Both the position numbers and the translations under genes were made by a program. A stretch of DNA of 64,000 bases from Thermoproteota archaeon (GTDB lineage Archaea > Thermoproteota > Thermoprotei > Gearchaeales > Gearchaeaceae): assembly GCA_032249235.1 (NCBI GenBank), contig JAVVGF010000002.1, positions 1 through 64,000 of the forward strand, given 5' to 3'. The notes beneath the pieces are model-generated. The model was not told the origin of the DNA. It did not search any database and worked only from the letters and a program-made list of their open reading frames with translations. Position 1 is the stretch's first letter. Each line of letters starts with the position of its first letter. This document shows, in pieces, positions 9,691-19,461 of this stretch.

Positions 9691-10509
9691 TCATGAATTT
9701 ATGAAATTTTTTGTTACTTTATCATAAACTCTCATTATATCGTTGAAATCGTAATCTAAGTAAATCTCTGTAGTTCTTATACTGCTATGTCCTAATATTC
9801 TTTGTAACGTTCTCAAATCTCCACCTTTTGTTATCCAATAGATAGCCATTGTATGCCTTAACTTATGAGGCGTTATTTGATATGCATAAGAAAGACCTGC
9901 TTTAAGAGCACGTTTTTTGATCATTTTCTGAATTGCTCTTACGCTTAAATCGAAAATTCTTCCATGTTTTTTGCTTCCTAAATACTCTTTTAGCATAGCT
10001 AATGTTTGTTCATCTACAGGTATTAGTCTAGGTCTTTTTATTTCGTAATGACCATGATCAACGATTTTAATTATCCTTCTAGAAAAATCTATATCCTCAA
10101 CATGTAAATTTGCGATCTCGCCTACTCTACAACCCGTAAACAAAAGTAATCTAACTATTATTTTATCGCGTAAATTATCGAAGGATGAAAGAAACTTTTG
10201 TAAGTCTTCTTCTTTTATATAAATTTGTTTTGGTTCATTTTTTAAAGAAGGAATAGGTATTTTTGAAGCATTTTTATTCAAGAATTTTAAATATTTTTTC
10301 AGAATTATTGCATATAATCTTAATGTTGATGGTTTCATACCTTTAAATTCCAATTCTGTTAAATAGCGCAATACGTCTGATTCATTGAAATCCTCTTTGT
10401 TTATGTAACTATGAAATTTCTTTATAGCTATCAAATAAGTCTTCTTCGTATTTTTACTCTTACCGATTAGGCTTGCTAGGAACTCAAGAGCGGGTTCAGG
10501 TAAATCCAC
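9691..10509 (-). CDS. xerA: Tyrosine recombinase XerA-like
   Basis: TGCRVGE, TPHKLRHT and LGHSSIRTTEIY give the full R-H-R-H-Y set. It sits in housekeeping context. Confidence 0.8.
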   Translation of the reverse strand: MDLPEPALEFLASLIGKSKNTKKTYLIAIKKFHSYINKEDFNESDVLRYLTELEFKGMKPSTLRLYAIILKKYLKFLNKNASKIPIPSLKNEPKQIYIKEEDLQKFLSSFDNLRDKIIVRLLLFTGCRVGEIANLHVEDIDFSRRIIKIVDHGHYEIKRPRLIPVDEQTLAMLKEYLGSKKHGRIFDLSVRAIQKMIKKRALKAGLSYAYQITPHKLRHTMAIYWITKGGDLRTLQRILGHSSIRTTEIYLDYDFNDIMRVYDKVTKNFINS

Positions 10510-10579
10510 GAGAAAAATAACAGAATTATTTAAAGGCTTTTCTCATCTTTTTCATTTAGATATCTGATTTTATTATAGA

Positions 10580-11521
10580 ATGATAAGAAAAGTTCAAAAA
10601 ATAGGTAATTCATATTACATAGCATTACCTTCGAAATGGATTAAGGAATATAGCATAAACAAAGGAACTGAACTTAAGCTAGAAATGAAAGAAGATGGGA
10701 AGCTAGTTGTATCACCTATTATAGAAGAAAGTTTAGAAGAAAAAGAAGTAACGTTGAATTACGATAAAAACACAATAGAAAAGAAAATACTGAGCTATTA
10801 TCTCATAGGATATAACATAATTAAAATCGTAAATGAAGAAGGATTCAAAACTGAAGAAAGGGATGATATAATTAAAATATCAAGGAAGTTAAGCGGATTG
10901 GAAATTGTGGATGAAAGAAGAGATCTGATAACTTTACAAAACTTAATAGATGAATCTTCGATAAATCCTATCAAGTTATTATTTAGAATGAGCGCAATAA
11001 CTTCTACAATGTATGTTGATGCGATAAAAGAAGCCTTTAACAAAGGAGAAATTTTAGAAATTGTTTATAAGAGAGATGAAGAAGTCGATAGGTTATATTT
11101 TCTACTAGTCAGACAACTTAGGACATTGATATTGAGGCCACATTTGCTAAGTAAGCTTGAATTGACATTGTTAGATTGTTTAGATTTGAGAATAGCTGCG
11201 CATTTCATAGAGAAGATAGGAGACGAAGCTGCGAGATTAGCAGAAATTCTAGGTTTAAATAACGAAAAAATTAAAGCTCAATTTTTAAAGAATTTACTTG
11301 ATGTAGCGTCTAATTTACAAATTCTTCAAGAAAAAAGCCTAGTATATTTCGTTAGGAAAAAAGGAAATGTTGAAGAAATAAAATCAGAACTTCTTAAATT
11401 AAAAGATGAATTAACTCAGCTTAGCGAAAATTCGAGTTATCACGAAATAATTATATTGAATATATTAAAAGAAATAATTGATTTCAACGTAGATATTTGT
11501 GATTTAATAATGTATCCTTAA
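10580..11521 (+). CDS. AbrB-PhoU family phosphate uptake regulator
   Basis: RKVQKIGNSYYIALPSKW AbrB domain, plus RDEEVDRLY and EKIGD PhoU motifs. Confidence 0.85.
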   Translation: MIRKVQKIGNSYYIALPSKWIKEYSINKGTELKLEMKEDGKLVVSPIIEESLEEKEVTLNYDKNTIEKKILSYYLIGYNIIKIVNEEGFKTEERDDIIKISRKLSGLEIVDERRDLITLQNLIDESSINPIKLLFRMSAITSTMYVDAIKEAFNKGEILEIVYKRDEEVDRLYFLLVRQLRTLILRPHLLSKLELTLLDCLDLRIAAHFIEKIGDEAARLAEILGLNNEKIKAQFLKNLLDVASNLQILQEKSLVYFVRKKGNVEEIKSELLKLKDELTQLSENSSYHEIIILNILKEIIDFNVDICDLIMYP

Positions 11522-12957
11522 AAAAGGATTTTCTGATAATAGAAGTATGAAGGAAAGAAAGTCAATAACAATAGTGCAATTATAGATATTATCATAATAA
11601 TATCAGTCTCTAAAGTTTTATTAGTTTTAAGCGAAGAATTTGTTTCAGAAATAACTTCAAGCCTTATTAAATATGCATAATAATACACAGAGATGCCGCT
11701 CATTATCAATGCTACCAAGGCTAGATAAACACCTAGTATGCTACTAAAAGCCACATTCAGGAATAGTAAAAATTTAGCCATGAATCCAGCAAAAGGAGGT
11801 ATTCCTGCTAAAGATAATAGTGCTACGGTAAAGGTTGTTGCAGCTAAGGGATCTATTCTGAAGAGTGATAACAACTTATCGTAAGGACTTTCACTACCTT
11901 CACCAGTAATACGATTTGCGACTAAGAAACTTATAGCTTTTGCAATGCTATAAGTCAGAACATAGAATCCTAAAAGAGGTAGGGTTTCTGAAGGAAATAC
12001 AAAGACTAATGCCATATATCCTGCATGTGCTACAGAAGAATAAGCTAAAAGCCGCTTAATATTCCTTTGAACTAATGCTATGATGTTAGGCACTACCATT
12101 GTAATTAAGGCAAGAAATGCCAAGATGTACCTAAACCAAGGTTCTAGGTAGAATATTGGTTTAAAAGCTGTGCTTAATAACAAAGCAATAGCTATTATCC
12201 CTGTTAATTTTGCAGTCGATGACAAGTATGCTGCTATGCTTGTAGGAGAACCTTGATATGCATCGATTGCCCAAACATGCAATGGGACCAATGTTGATTT
12301 TATTCCTAGAGAAGCGATTATTAATAAAATACCTAGTATTACAAAAGATTTTTCAGAACCTAACAAGCCGTTTTCAAAAAAGCTATATAAAGAAATGAAT
12401 GAAGTGCCTCCAGCGATTCCATAAATTATTGCTAATCCATATGCAAAGAACAAAGTAGATAATACTCCGAATATGAAAAATTTCACAGTTGCTTCAAGCG
12501 AAAAATAATCTCTCTTGAATTGTGCTACTAAAACATATGCAGGAAAAACGCTGGCCTCTACAGCTAAGAAAAGTAAAATGAGATCTCTTGTCGATACTGC
12601 GATAAGCGAAGCAGCCAACGATAATAAAAGCAGTGGCTGGGCTTCTCTTTTGAGAAGTTCCTCACTCAATGCTGAAAGCGATATGATAGCGCCAACGATT
12701 AAAGCTATCCATGAAACTATAGAGAAATTATCTACGCTTATTAAATTATTGAAGAATAAAACTTCAACATTTCTAGATAAGAAATAGAAAGATAAAGAAA
12801 GTGAAAATAGCATGAAAATATAGGATAATGTTTTCGCAAGCATAATTTTCTTGACAAGTGTTATAAGAGCTACGACTATTGCTCCAAATAGAAGAATGAT
12901 AATGGGAGAAAAATAATAAGCGAAGCTATAAAGATCTTGATCTATGATTAGCGGCAT
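11518..12957 (-). CDS. nuoN: Complex I-like subunit N
   Basis: EATVKFF, KSTLVPLHVWAIDAYQG, KRLLAYSS and SLAGIPP motifs. Confidence 0.92.
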   Translation of the reverse strand: MPLIIDQDLYSFAYYFSPIIILLFGAIVVALITLVKKIMLAKTLSYIFMLFSLSLSFYFLSRNVEVLFFNNLISVDNFSIVSWIALIVGAIISLSALSEELLKREAQPLLLLSLAASLIAVSTRDLILLFLAVEASVFPAYVLVAQFKRDYFSLEATVKFFIFGVLSTLFFAYGLAIIYGIAGGTSFISLYSFFENGLLGSEKSFVILGILLIIASLGIKSTLVPLHVWAIDAYQGSPTSIAAYLSSTAKLTGIIAIALLLSTAFKPIFYLEPWFRYILAFLALITMVVPNIIALVQRNIKRLLAYSSVAHAGYMALVFVFPSETLPLLGFYVLTYSIAKAISFLVANRITGEGSESPYDKLLSLFRIDPLAATTFTVALLSLAGIPPFAGFMAKFLLFLNVAFSSILGVYLALVALIMSGISVYYYAYLIRLEVISETNSSLKTNKTLETDIIMIISIIALLLLTFFPSYFYYQKILF

Positions 12958-12958
12958 G

Positions 12959-13267
12959 TTATTTTGCTTCTTCCTCTTTTAGTTTTCTAATCTCAAGAAT
13001 ATCAACACTTCCATATGTTCTATCCATTTCTATAGCGATTGCTAAGCCTAATGCAGCTTCTAAAGCGATAATTATAATAACTAATACGCCCAAAACTTCA
13101 CCTAAAGAACCTTTTACAGTTGCCAATGTACCAATGCTTAATATCACTGCACTCATTGCAATTTCTATAGATATTATTATTCTTATAAGATGTCTTCTTG
13201 CAAGAATACCGTATATTCCTATAAGTAATAAAGGAAGTACTGCAATTAAAGCTATTATCGCATTCAT
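12959..13267 (-). CDS. nuoK: Complex I-like subunit K
   Basis: IGIYG, ISIE and ALEAALGLAI motifs. Confidence 0.9.
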   Translation of the reverse strand: MNAIIALIAVLPLLLIGIYGILARRHLIRIIISIEIAMSAVILSIGTLATVKGSLGEVLGVLVIIIIALEAALGLAIAIEMDRTYGSVDILEIRKLKEEEAK

Positions 13268-13758
13268 TTTTCTTCGCTAGCAACGTAAATTGCTCCTAAA
13301 TAAATTGCTAATGCAGCCAATGATAGAATGAATAAAGCAATACCATAGTCATTGAATAACAATTTTATTATTAGAGAAAGATTCGATGAAAAAGATGTAT
13401 AAAAATCGCTTTTGGAGATTAATATCAACGAAGCGATTAGTACTACTATTAACAAAGCGTTTATGAAAGCTACTCTAGATAGTTCTTTAGTAGGAGGAAT
13501 ATCTATAGTAGGTCTTGTTAGCATCGCTGCGAATATTATTAATACTAATACACCTCCTGCATTCACAAAAAGATAGATTAAAGCTAAAAACCATGCACCT
13601 ATTTGAATTAGAGCCCATGCACTTGCAACATACATTCCAACTAAAAATACAGCTGAATATAGTATGTCTCTTGTTTTTATTGCAAGATATGAAAAGAACG
13701 TAGCCCATGCAATCGCTACAAGATAAAGCAAAGCATTGTTATCGATCATTAAATCCAT
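13264..13758 (-). CDS. nuoJ: Complex I-like subunit J
   Basis: YLFVNAGGVLVLIIFAAML and five TM helices. The start is probably ATG 13758. Confidence 0.88.
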   Translation of the reverse strand: MDLMIDNNALLYLVAIAWATFFSYLAIKTRDILYSAVFLVGMYVASAWALIQIGAWFLALIYLFVNAGGVLVLIIFAAMLTRPTIDIPPTKELSRVAFINALLIVVLIASLILISKSDFYTSFSSNLSLIIKLLFNDYGIALFILSLAALAIYLGAIYVASEEK

Positions 13759-13844
13759 TGTCGCATATATCACAATTCGCCGATTTATATTTTTATTGCC
13801 AAAGCTTAACAAATTTTATATTCAACTTATAACACTGTTATATT

Positions 13845-14708
13845 ATGTCAGAGGAAAAGTTTAAAGAATATGCACATCCTGATGTTCTAGTAAGCACAGA
13901 ATGGGTAAATACACACCTTAATGATCCAAGCATAAGAATTGTTGAAGTAGACTATGATCCAATAGCAAACTATTATGAAGGACACATTCCTGGTGCAGTT
14001 CTATTTGATTGGAAAAAAGACATGAATCATCCTGTTATAAGAGATATTTTAACTAAAGAACAACTTGAAGACTTGTTATCGAGAAATGGAATATCCAATG
14101 AAACTACAATAATACTTTATGGTGACTATAATAATTGGTTTGCTGCTTTTGCATTCTGGATACTAAAATACTATGGTGTTGAAAAGGTAAAATTGATGGA
14201 TGGAGGTAGAAAGAAATGGATCTTAGAAGGAAGACCGCTCACAAAAGAAATACCTAAATATCCTAGAGCAGTGTTTAAAGCTAAAGAACCTGATGAAACG
14301 ATAAGGGTATACATGGATTATGTTAGAGCAATATTGAAGATGAAAGATCATGTACTTGTAGATGTTAGAAGCCCTAAGGAATATACAGGTGAAATCCTTG
14401 CACCTCCTGAATATCCTGAAGAAAAAGCACAAAGAGGAGGCCATATTCCTGGTGCTATTAATATACCTTGGTCTTTAGCTGTTAGAGAAGAAGACGGTAC
14501 ATTTAAACCGAGAAAAGAATTAGAAGAAATATACAGAAGTAGAGGAATAACACCTGATAAGGAAATTGTCACTTATTGCAGAATAGGTGAAAGAGCATCT
14601 GTTACATGGTTTGTATTGAAATATCTCCTAGGTTATCCGCATGTAAAGAATTACGATGGATCTTGGACTGAATGGGGAAGTATAATTAAAAATCCAATCG
14701 AAAAATAA
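13845..14708 (+). CDS. Tandem-domain rhodanese / thiosulfate sulfurtransferase (CysA/SseA type)
   Basis: GHIPGA twice, active-site loop YCRIGERAS and YDGSWTEWG. Confidence 0.93.
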   Translation: MSEEKFKEYAHPDVLVSTEWVNTHLNDPSIRIVEVDYDPIANYYEGHIPGAVLFDWKKDMNHPVIRDILTKEQLEDLLSRNGISNETTIILYGDYNNWFAAFAFWILKYYGVEKVKLMDGGRKKWILEGRPLTKEIPKYPRAVFKAKEPDETIRVYMDYVRAILKMKDHVLVDVRSPKEYTGEILAPPEYPEEKAQRGGHIPGAINIPWSLAVREEDGTFKPRKELEEIYRSRGITPDKEIVTYCRIGERASVTWFVLKYLLGYPHVKNYDGSWTEWGSIIKNPIEK

Positions 14709-15365
14709 TCACTTTATTTTTTTAGCTATTAAATGATATAAATTTCCTTCTTTTTTGTACTCAACAAATTTTTGTCCAGTTTGTTCTTGCCATCTCATCA
14801 TTTCTATGGGTGCAGTAGGATCATCTGAAACAATATGAACAACTGTTCCTATTTCTGAATTAGAGAAGAGCTCGTTTAATTTAGCCAATACCAAAGAGCA
14901 TTCAACGCCTATTTCAAAAAACTCATAATCTGGATATTCAGAAAAACACTTGATTTTATAATCGCTTATTTTCCTCCATATTTCTTCTTTCAATTCATTA
15001 ATATTTTTATAAGAGATTCGAATTGTTGATTCAAGAGGTTTTAGTTTAGCGATCCATCCTTTGCCATAAGGATCTTTATTTAACAGTATTGGTTTAGTTA
15101 ACAAATCTTTATTCACTTCTAACAATTCACATTTAAAAGGTGCACGAATAACATCGAATCTCCTAACGGCTTCCAAAGAACAAATTATAGAATTAAATTC
15201 AAGTATCTTGCTTTCGAAAAAACGAACATTAATAAATTTTCCAGAAAACCAAGCTAGAAAAGAATTTATTCCTATTAGGAAGCCCCCATTATCATTTCTT
15301 AGCCAAGTATTATTATCTAAATTATACAGTAAGTCTTCAGGAAATATGCATCCCTCAATATTCAT
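14709..15365 (-). CDS. GcvH/LbpA-like domain fused to TusA/SirA sulfur-carrier domain
   Basis: The N-part has GCIFPEDLLY...W...IGI...E...RAP...EVN...LLNKDPYGKGWIAKL (H-protein fold). The C-part has GVECS...VSDDPTAPIEMMRW (TusA fold). Confidence 0.8.
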   Translation of the reverse strand: MNIEGCIFPEDLLYNLDNNTWLRNDNGGFLIGINSFLAWFSGKFINVRFFESKILEFNSIICSLEAVRRFDVIRAPFKCELLEVNKDLLTKPILLNKDPYGKGWIAKLKPLESTIRISYKNINELKEEIWRKISDYKIKCFSEYPDYEFFEIGVECSLVLAKLNELFSNSEIGTVVHIVSDDPTAPIEMMRWQEQTGQKFVEYKKEGNLYHLIAKKIK

Positions 15366-15802
15366 CTGTATTCTAATTCTTGAACACGTGTTACTTTCTT
15401 TTGATCTAGATACAAGTCTTCCCTCTTAAAGCCAACTATGCTCACTACGTGCGTATGATAAATTGCTTGTGGAGGACAATAATCTACACACAAACCGCAA
15501 TACATGCAATGTTGTAGATCAATTTCAGGTATCATTGCAGGCTTTCCCTTTTCATATGGAACCATGAAGATACACGTATTAGGACATACTTTTGCACATA
15601 TACCACAACCTATACATAACTCATCGTCAACTTCTAAGGCTCCTCTAAATCTTTCTGGGAATATTATCGTTTTAGTAGGATATTCAATCGTCGGACGTTT
15701 GAAGAATACATACTTTGATACGGTGAAAAACGCTATTAAAGGTCCTAGAATTGTTTTCTTTAATTTTTCTTTGAATGTTTGTTTAGGATACACCTCAATC
15801 AT
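15362..15802 (-). CDS. nuoI: Complex I-like subunit I (2x[4Fe-4S])
   Basis: TIEYP...RFRG, CIGCGICAKVCP and CMYCGLCVDYCP motifs. Confidence 0.93.
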   Translation of the reverse strand: MIEVYPKQTFKEKLKKTILGPLIAFFTVSKYVFFKRPTIEYPTKTIIFPERFRGALEVDDELCIGCGICAKVCPNTCIFMVPYEKGKPAMIPEIDLQHCMYCGLCVDYCPPQAIYHTHVVSIVGFKREDLYLDQKKVTRVQELEYR

Positions 15803-15829
15803 TCTTCTATCAACGTCGATATAAACTTA

Positions 15830-16939
15830 TTAGCTCATGAATCCAATGCTAACAAGATAATACTTAAGAACAATTACTATTAATAAGTTGGCAATCGATA
15901 AAGGTAGAAGTTTCGTCCAGCTAAGATTTAATAACTGATCTATTCTATAACGTGGAAAAGCTGCTCTTATCAGTATGTACAGAACCATGAAGAAATAGGT
16001 TTTTATCATTAGCCATAAAGGCCCGCTCATCGGCGCCAATATACCTGGAAGTGTTGGGCCTAACCAGCCTCCAAAAAAGAAAATAGCTAGTAAGGTTGCG
16101 CTTACGAATGCTCTCACATACATGCCCATAATTAAAAGTAAGAATGGAGAAGCACTATATTCTGTATTCCAACCAGCAATTATTTCGGATTCTGCATCAG
16201 GTATATCAAAAGGAGTCCTTTCTGCTTCAGCAATAGCTGTAATTAAAAATAATATGAAAGTAAGAGGTGCTAGGAATATTAACCACATATTCTTTTGCCT
16301 TTCTACTATTTCATAAAGATTAAGCGTTCCTGTTAGCACTACAACAGCAGCTACAGATAGTAAGAAAGGAATTTCAAAGCTCAAAAGCTGTGCAGCAGCT
16401 CTAAAGCCTCCGATTACGCTGTATTTATTATTACTAATCCAACCAGTAAGCAAAATGAAAATGGGATTAAAGCTAAGTATTACGAATATTAATAGAACAC
16501 CTACTTGAAAATATTGAGATACAATTGCATATTTAAACAATCCAAACCAACTTATGAATGGTTCGAAAATAAGCAAAGTATTCGCAACTACATAATCATA
16601 AGGCATTATAATTATTAAGAGCAAAGAAACACCAGTAATAAAAACAGGCATCGAGAGAAAAGCTATTCTGTTCGCTTTTGCAGGTACAATTATTTCTTTA
16701 TTCAATACTTTCACGAAATCTGCTATGAGCTGCAAAATTCCCCATTTTCCAACATATGTGGGCCCCATGCGTTGCATAGTTCTTGCCCAGACCTTTCTTT
16801 CAACATAAATGAAAATTAAAGCGTTTATTAGAATGAATATTATAGCAAGTATCATAGCTACGATAACTCTTAAAGCGTCGATGAGCAAAGGATAAGATTT
16901 TAAAAAAGTTATTATGCTATCTATCATTTTATCGATCAA
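15830..16939 (-). CDS. nuoH: Complex I-like subunit H
   Basis: ERKVWA.MQR.GP, SNNKYS, RTPFDIPDAESE and PRYRIDQ motifs. Confidence 0.95.
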   Translation of the reverse strand: MIDKMIDSIITFLKSYPLLIDALRVIVAMILAIIFILINALIFIYVERKVWARTMQRMGPTYVGKWGILQLIADFVKVLNKEIIVPAKANRIAFLSMPVFITGVSLLLIIIMPYDYVVANTLLIFEPFISWFGLFKYAIVSQYFQVGVLLIFVILSFNPIFILLTGWISNNKYSVIGGFRAAAQLLSFEIPFLLSVAAVVVLTGTLNLYEIVERQKNMWLIFLAPLTFILFLITAIAEAERTPFDIPDAESEIIAGWNTEYSASPFLLLIMGMYVRAFVSATLLAIFFFGGWLGPTLPGILAPMSGPLWLMIKTYFFMVLYILIRAAFPRYRIDQLLNLSWTKLLPLSIANLLIVIVLKYYLVSIGFMS

Positions 16940-18047
16940 TTTCTCCTAAACATGGATCGAAAGAACCAAGAATTGCATATAGATCGGCTATTTTTGAGCC
17001 TTTCATTACATTAGGTAAACTCATTACATGAACATATGCAGGGCTTCTTATTTTAACTCTATATGGCTTAGGCGATCCATCGCTTACAATCATGTAACCA
17101 CATTCTCCTCTTGAATCTTCAACATATCCATAGCCTATACCTGGTGGAGGATAAAGAAGAGCTCTATGTTGGTAAGGACCAGATGGCAATCTTTTCAATG
17201 CTTGTCTAACAATATTGATGCTTTGCTTTATTTCTTCTAATCTTACATATACCCTATCAAAAGTATCACCTTTCTTACCTACAGGTATTTCGAAATCAAT
17301 AGCTTCATATGCAGCATAAGGTTCATCTCTCCTTAAATCTCTTTTTACACCACTCGCTCTTAGCATTGGTCCTGTCCAACCCAGCTCGATTGCTTTCGAT
17401 GCAGGTACAGGGCAAATATCAACAGTTCTTGCAAGAAAAACAGGATTTTCATAAATTAATTTCTCATAATCTTTCAGATTTCTTTCAACATAATTAAGAG
17501 CTTTTTCTGCATAATCATTGAAGCCAGTAGGCAAATCATACCTCACACCGCCAACTCTAAAATAACCGAAAGTCATTCTTTGACCGCTCATCATTTCCAA
17601 TAGATCTAGAATTCTGTCTCTATCTCTTAAACCCCATGGAAATGCGGTAAATAAACCTACATCTGCAACGAATGCAGAGAACCAAACTAAATGGCTTGCA
17701 ATCCTTGTAAGTTCGCATGCTATTACTCTTAACCATTCAGCTCTTTCAGGTACTTTCGCATCCATTATTTCTTCAACAGCTTTGACGAAACCATATTCCC
17801 AAAACATTCCGCTTACATAACAAAGTCTATTCAGATAAATCGGTATCTGGAAGTAATTTCTGAGCTCGCATAGTTTCTCTATTCCTCTATGAATATAACC
17901 TAGTTTTACATCTACATCGATGATTGTTTCTCCTTCAACAGTTATTATTAAATCCATTGGACCATGCGTTGAAGGATGTTGAGGGCCTACGTTAATGACT
18001 AATTTCCTTACTTCTCTGCCTACAGTTTTTTCTTGCATACTCACCAT
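16929..18047 (-). CDS. nuoD: Complex I-like subunit D
   Basis: GPQHPSTHG, GYIHRGIEK, RLCY and a terminal GEIDR. No NiFe CxxC pairs. The start is probably 18047 or 18038. Confidence 0.95.
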   Translation of the reverse strand: MVSMQEKTVGREVRKLVINVGPQHPSTHGPMDLIITVEGETIIDVDVKLGYIHRGIEKLCELRNYFQIPIYLNRLCYVSGMFWEYGFVKAVEEIMDAKVPERAEWLRVIACELTRIASHLVWFSAFVADVGLFTAFPWGLRDRDRILDLLEMMSGQRMTFGYFRVGGVRYDLPTGFNDYAEKALNYVERNLKDYEKLIYENPVFLARTVDICPVPASKAIELGWTGPMLRASGVKRDLRRDEPYAAYEAIDFEIPVGKKGDTFDRVYVRLEEIKQSINIVRQALKRLPSGPYQHRALLYPPPGIGYGYVEDSRGECGYMIVSDGSPKPYRVKIRSPAYVHVMSLPNVMKGSKIADLYAILGSFDPCLGEIDR

Positions 18048-18475
18048 TTGTAATCTTTTCTCAAAGGATATCCAATCCAATGATCAGGTAATAAAATCCT
18101 TCTTAGATCAGGATTACCTTCAAAATAAACTCCCATAAGATCGAAGGTTTCTCTTTCATGGAAATGAGCTCCTTCCCAAACTGGAACGAGTGAAGGTATT
18201 CTTGGATCATTTCTATCGATAAGCGTGCCTACTATTACAAGACCGTTAGCTTCTAACTTTCTGCAAATGAACATTACTTCAATTGAATTCAACCTATCTA
18301 CAGCTGTTACAGCAGAAAGTAAGACAAAACCTGCTTCTTTCAATTTCTTCGCAGATTCCAACCATTTATCTTTAGGTATCTTAGCATAGTATTTGTTCTT
18401 GTATATTTTGTATAGCTCAGCATATGGTAAAATCTCTTTCAATTTTTTCTCTAAATCTTGACTCATACTCTCCAA
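18041..18475 (-). CDS. nuoC: Complex I-like subunit C
   Basis: ERETFDLMGVYFEGNPDLRRILLP...GYPLRKDY. Confidence 0.95.
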   Translation of the reverse strand: MESMSQDLEKKLKEILPYAELYKIYKNKYYAKIPKDKWLESAKKLKEAGFVLLSAVTAVDRLNSIEVMFICRKLEANGLVIVGTLIDRNDPRIPSLVPVWEGAHFHERETFDLMGVYFEGNPDLRRILLPDHWIGYPLRKDYKW

Positions 18476-19011
18476 TCTTCCTTTACTATAGGATAACCTT
18501 CCTTAGGCAAAAATTTCCTTCTTATTTCTCCTTTCATTATTTTCTCCTCTAATTTTATAATTGCTTCGATCAAAGCTTCTGGTCTTGGAGGACATCCTGG
18601 AACATAAACATCTACAGGTATCACTTGGTCAACACCATCGACGATGCTATACATTCCTTTCCAAGGTCCTCCGCATATAGAGCATTCTCCATATGATATC
18701 ACATATCTTGGCTCAGCCATTTGCTCATATAAAGTCTTAACTACTGGTGCAAGCTTATGAGATATAGGACCTGTAATTATTAATAAATCACATTGTCTTG
18801 GGCTATTTCTTGGTAAAACACCAAATCTTTCAAAATCATAATTAGAAGCGCCTGCAACCATTAAACCTTCAATTGTACAGCATTTTATTCCAAATACCAA
18901 AAGCCAAAGTGAATTCCTTCTTCCCCATATGAGCAATTTATCTACAAAAGGTAGCTTTTTAGGATCTACAATCCATATCTTGAAATCTTGCCAAATATCG
19001 AGTAATCTCAT
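18463..19011 (-). CDS. nuoB: Complex I-like subunit B
   Basis: KCCTIE, SPRQCD, GECSICGG and PGCPPRPE motifs. The start is probably ATG 19011. Confidence 0.95.
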   Translation of the reverse strand: MRLLDIWQDFKIWIVDPKKLPFVDKLLIWGRRNSLWLLVFGIKCCTIEGLMVAGASNYDFERFGVLPRNSPRQCDLLIITGPISHKLAPVVKTLYEQMAEPRYVISYGECSICGGPWKGMYSIVDGVDQVIPVDVYVPGCPPRPEALIEAIIKLEEKIMKGEIRRKFLPKEGYPIVKEDWRV

Positions 19012-19048
19012 GAGCTTAATAGAATAGTGCAACTTCTGTTATTTATAC

Positions 19049-19408
19049 TTAGACCCATTTTAGCATTTTCTTCTTCAAAGTATAAATAACGCTAAAGATG
19101 GTTACTAATAGGAGCGATATCATGCCTATTAAACCTATCAAGCTCAATTGTATCGATTCAATAGCCCAAATTAGTGTTAAAATAGCAATTATGTCAGCTA
19201 CAAGATATGCTATACCATAAATGTAATATTGAACATTCATTCTTACCTGAGCTTCTCCTAATAGTTCTTCTCCACATTCATATGTTGAAAGCTTGATCTC
19301 CGATTTGCTCGGCTTATGGGTTAATTTATAGTTTAGATATATTACTAGAATTGCAAATGTTAAAGATATTATCAGAGCAATAGCAAGGGCAATGAAATCT
19401 AGCATCAT
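19049..19408 (-). CDS. nuoA: Complex I-like subunit A
   Basis: KLSTYECGE, three TM helices and a terminal LKWV. The start is ATG 19408, because the track extension overlaps frdA. Confidence 0.9.
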   Translation of the reverse strand: MMLDFIALAIALIISLTFAILVIYLNYKLTHKPSKSEIKLSTYECGEELLGEAQVRMNVQYYIYGIAYLVADIIAILTLIWAIESIQLSLIGLIGMISLLLVTIFSVIYTLKKKMLKWV

Positions 19409-19461
19409 GATTTCTTCAATTATCAGGTTAATATTCTTTAACCTCTGCGTTATATTAGTTT

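Noticed and set aside
9691-10580. Tyrosine recombinase as the marker of an integrated virus or plasmid, or a nearby dif site
   Set aside because: It is flanked by housekeeping genes, with no tRNA, att repeat or mobile cargo. TTTAGATATCT near 10555 lacks the matching second arm of a dif site.
16929-18047. NuoD as a group 4 [NiFe]-hydrogenase large subunit
   Set aside because: It lacks the paired CxxC Ni-binding motifs (RLCY and DPCLGEIDR have only single Cys residues).
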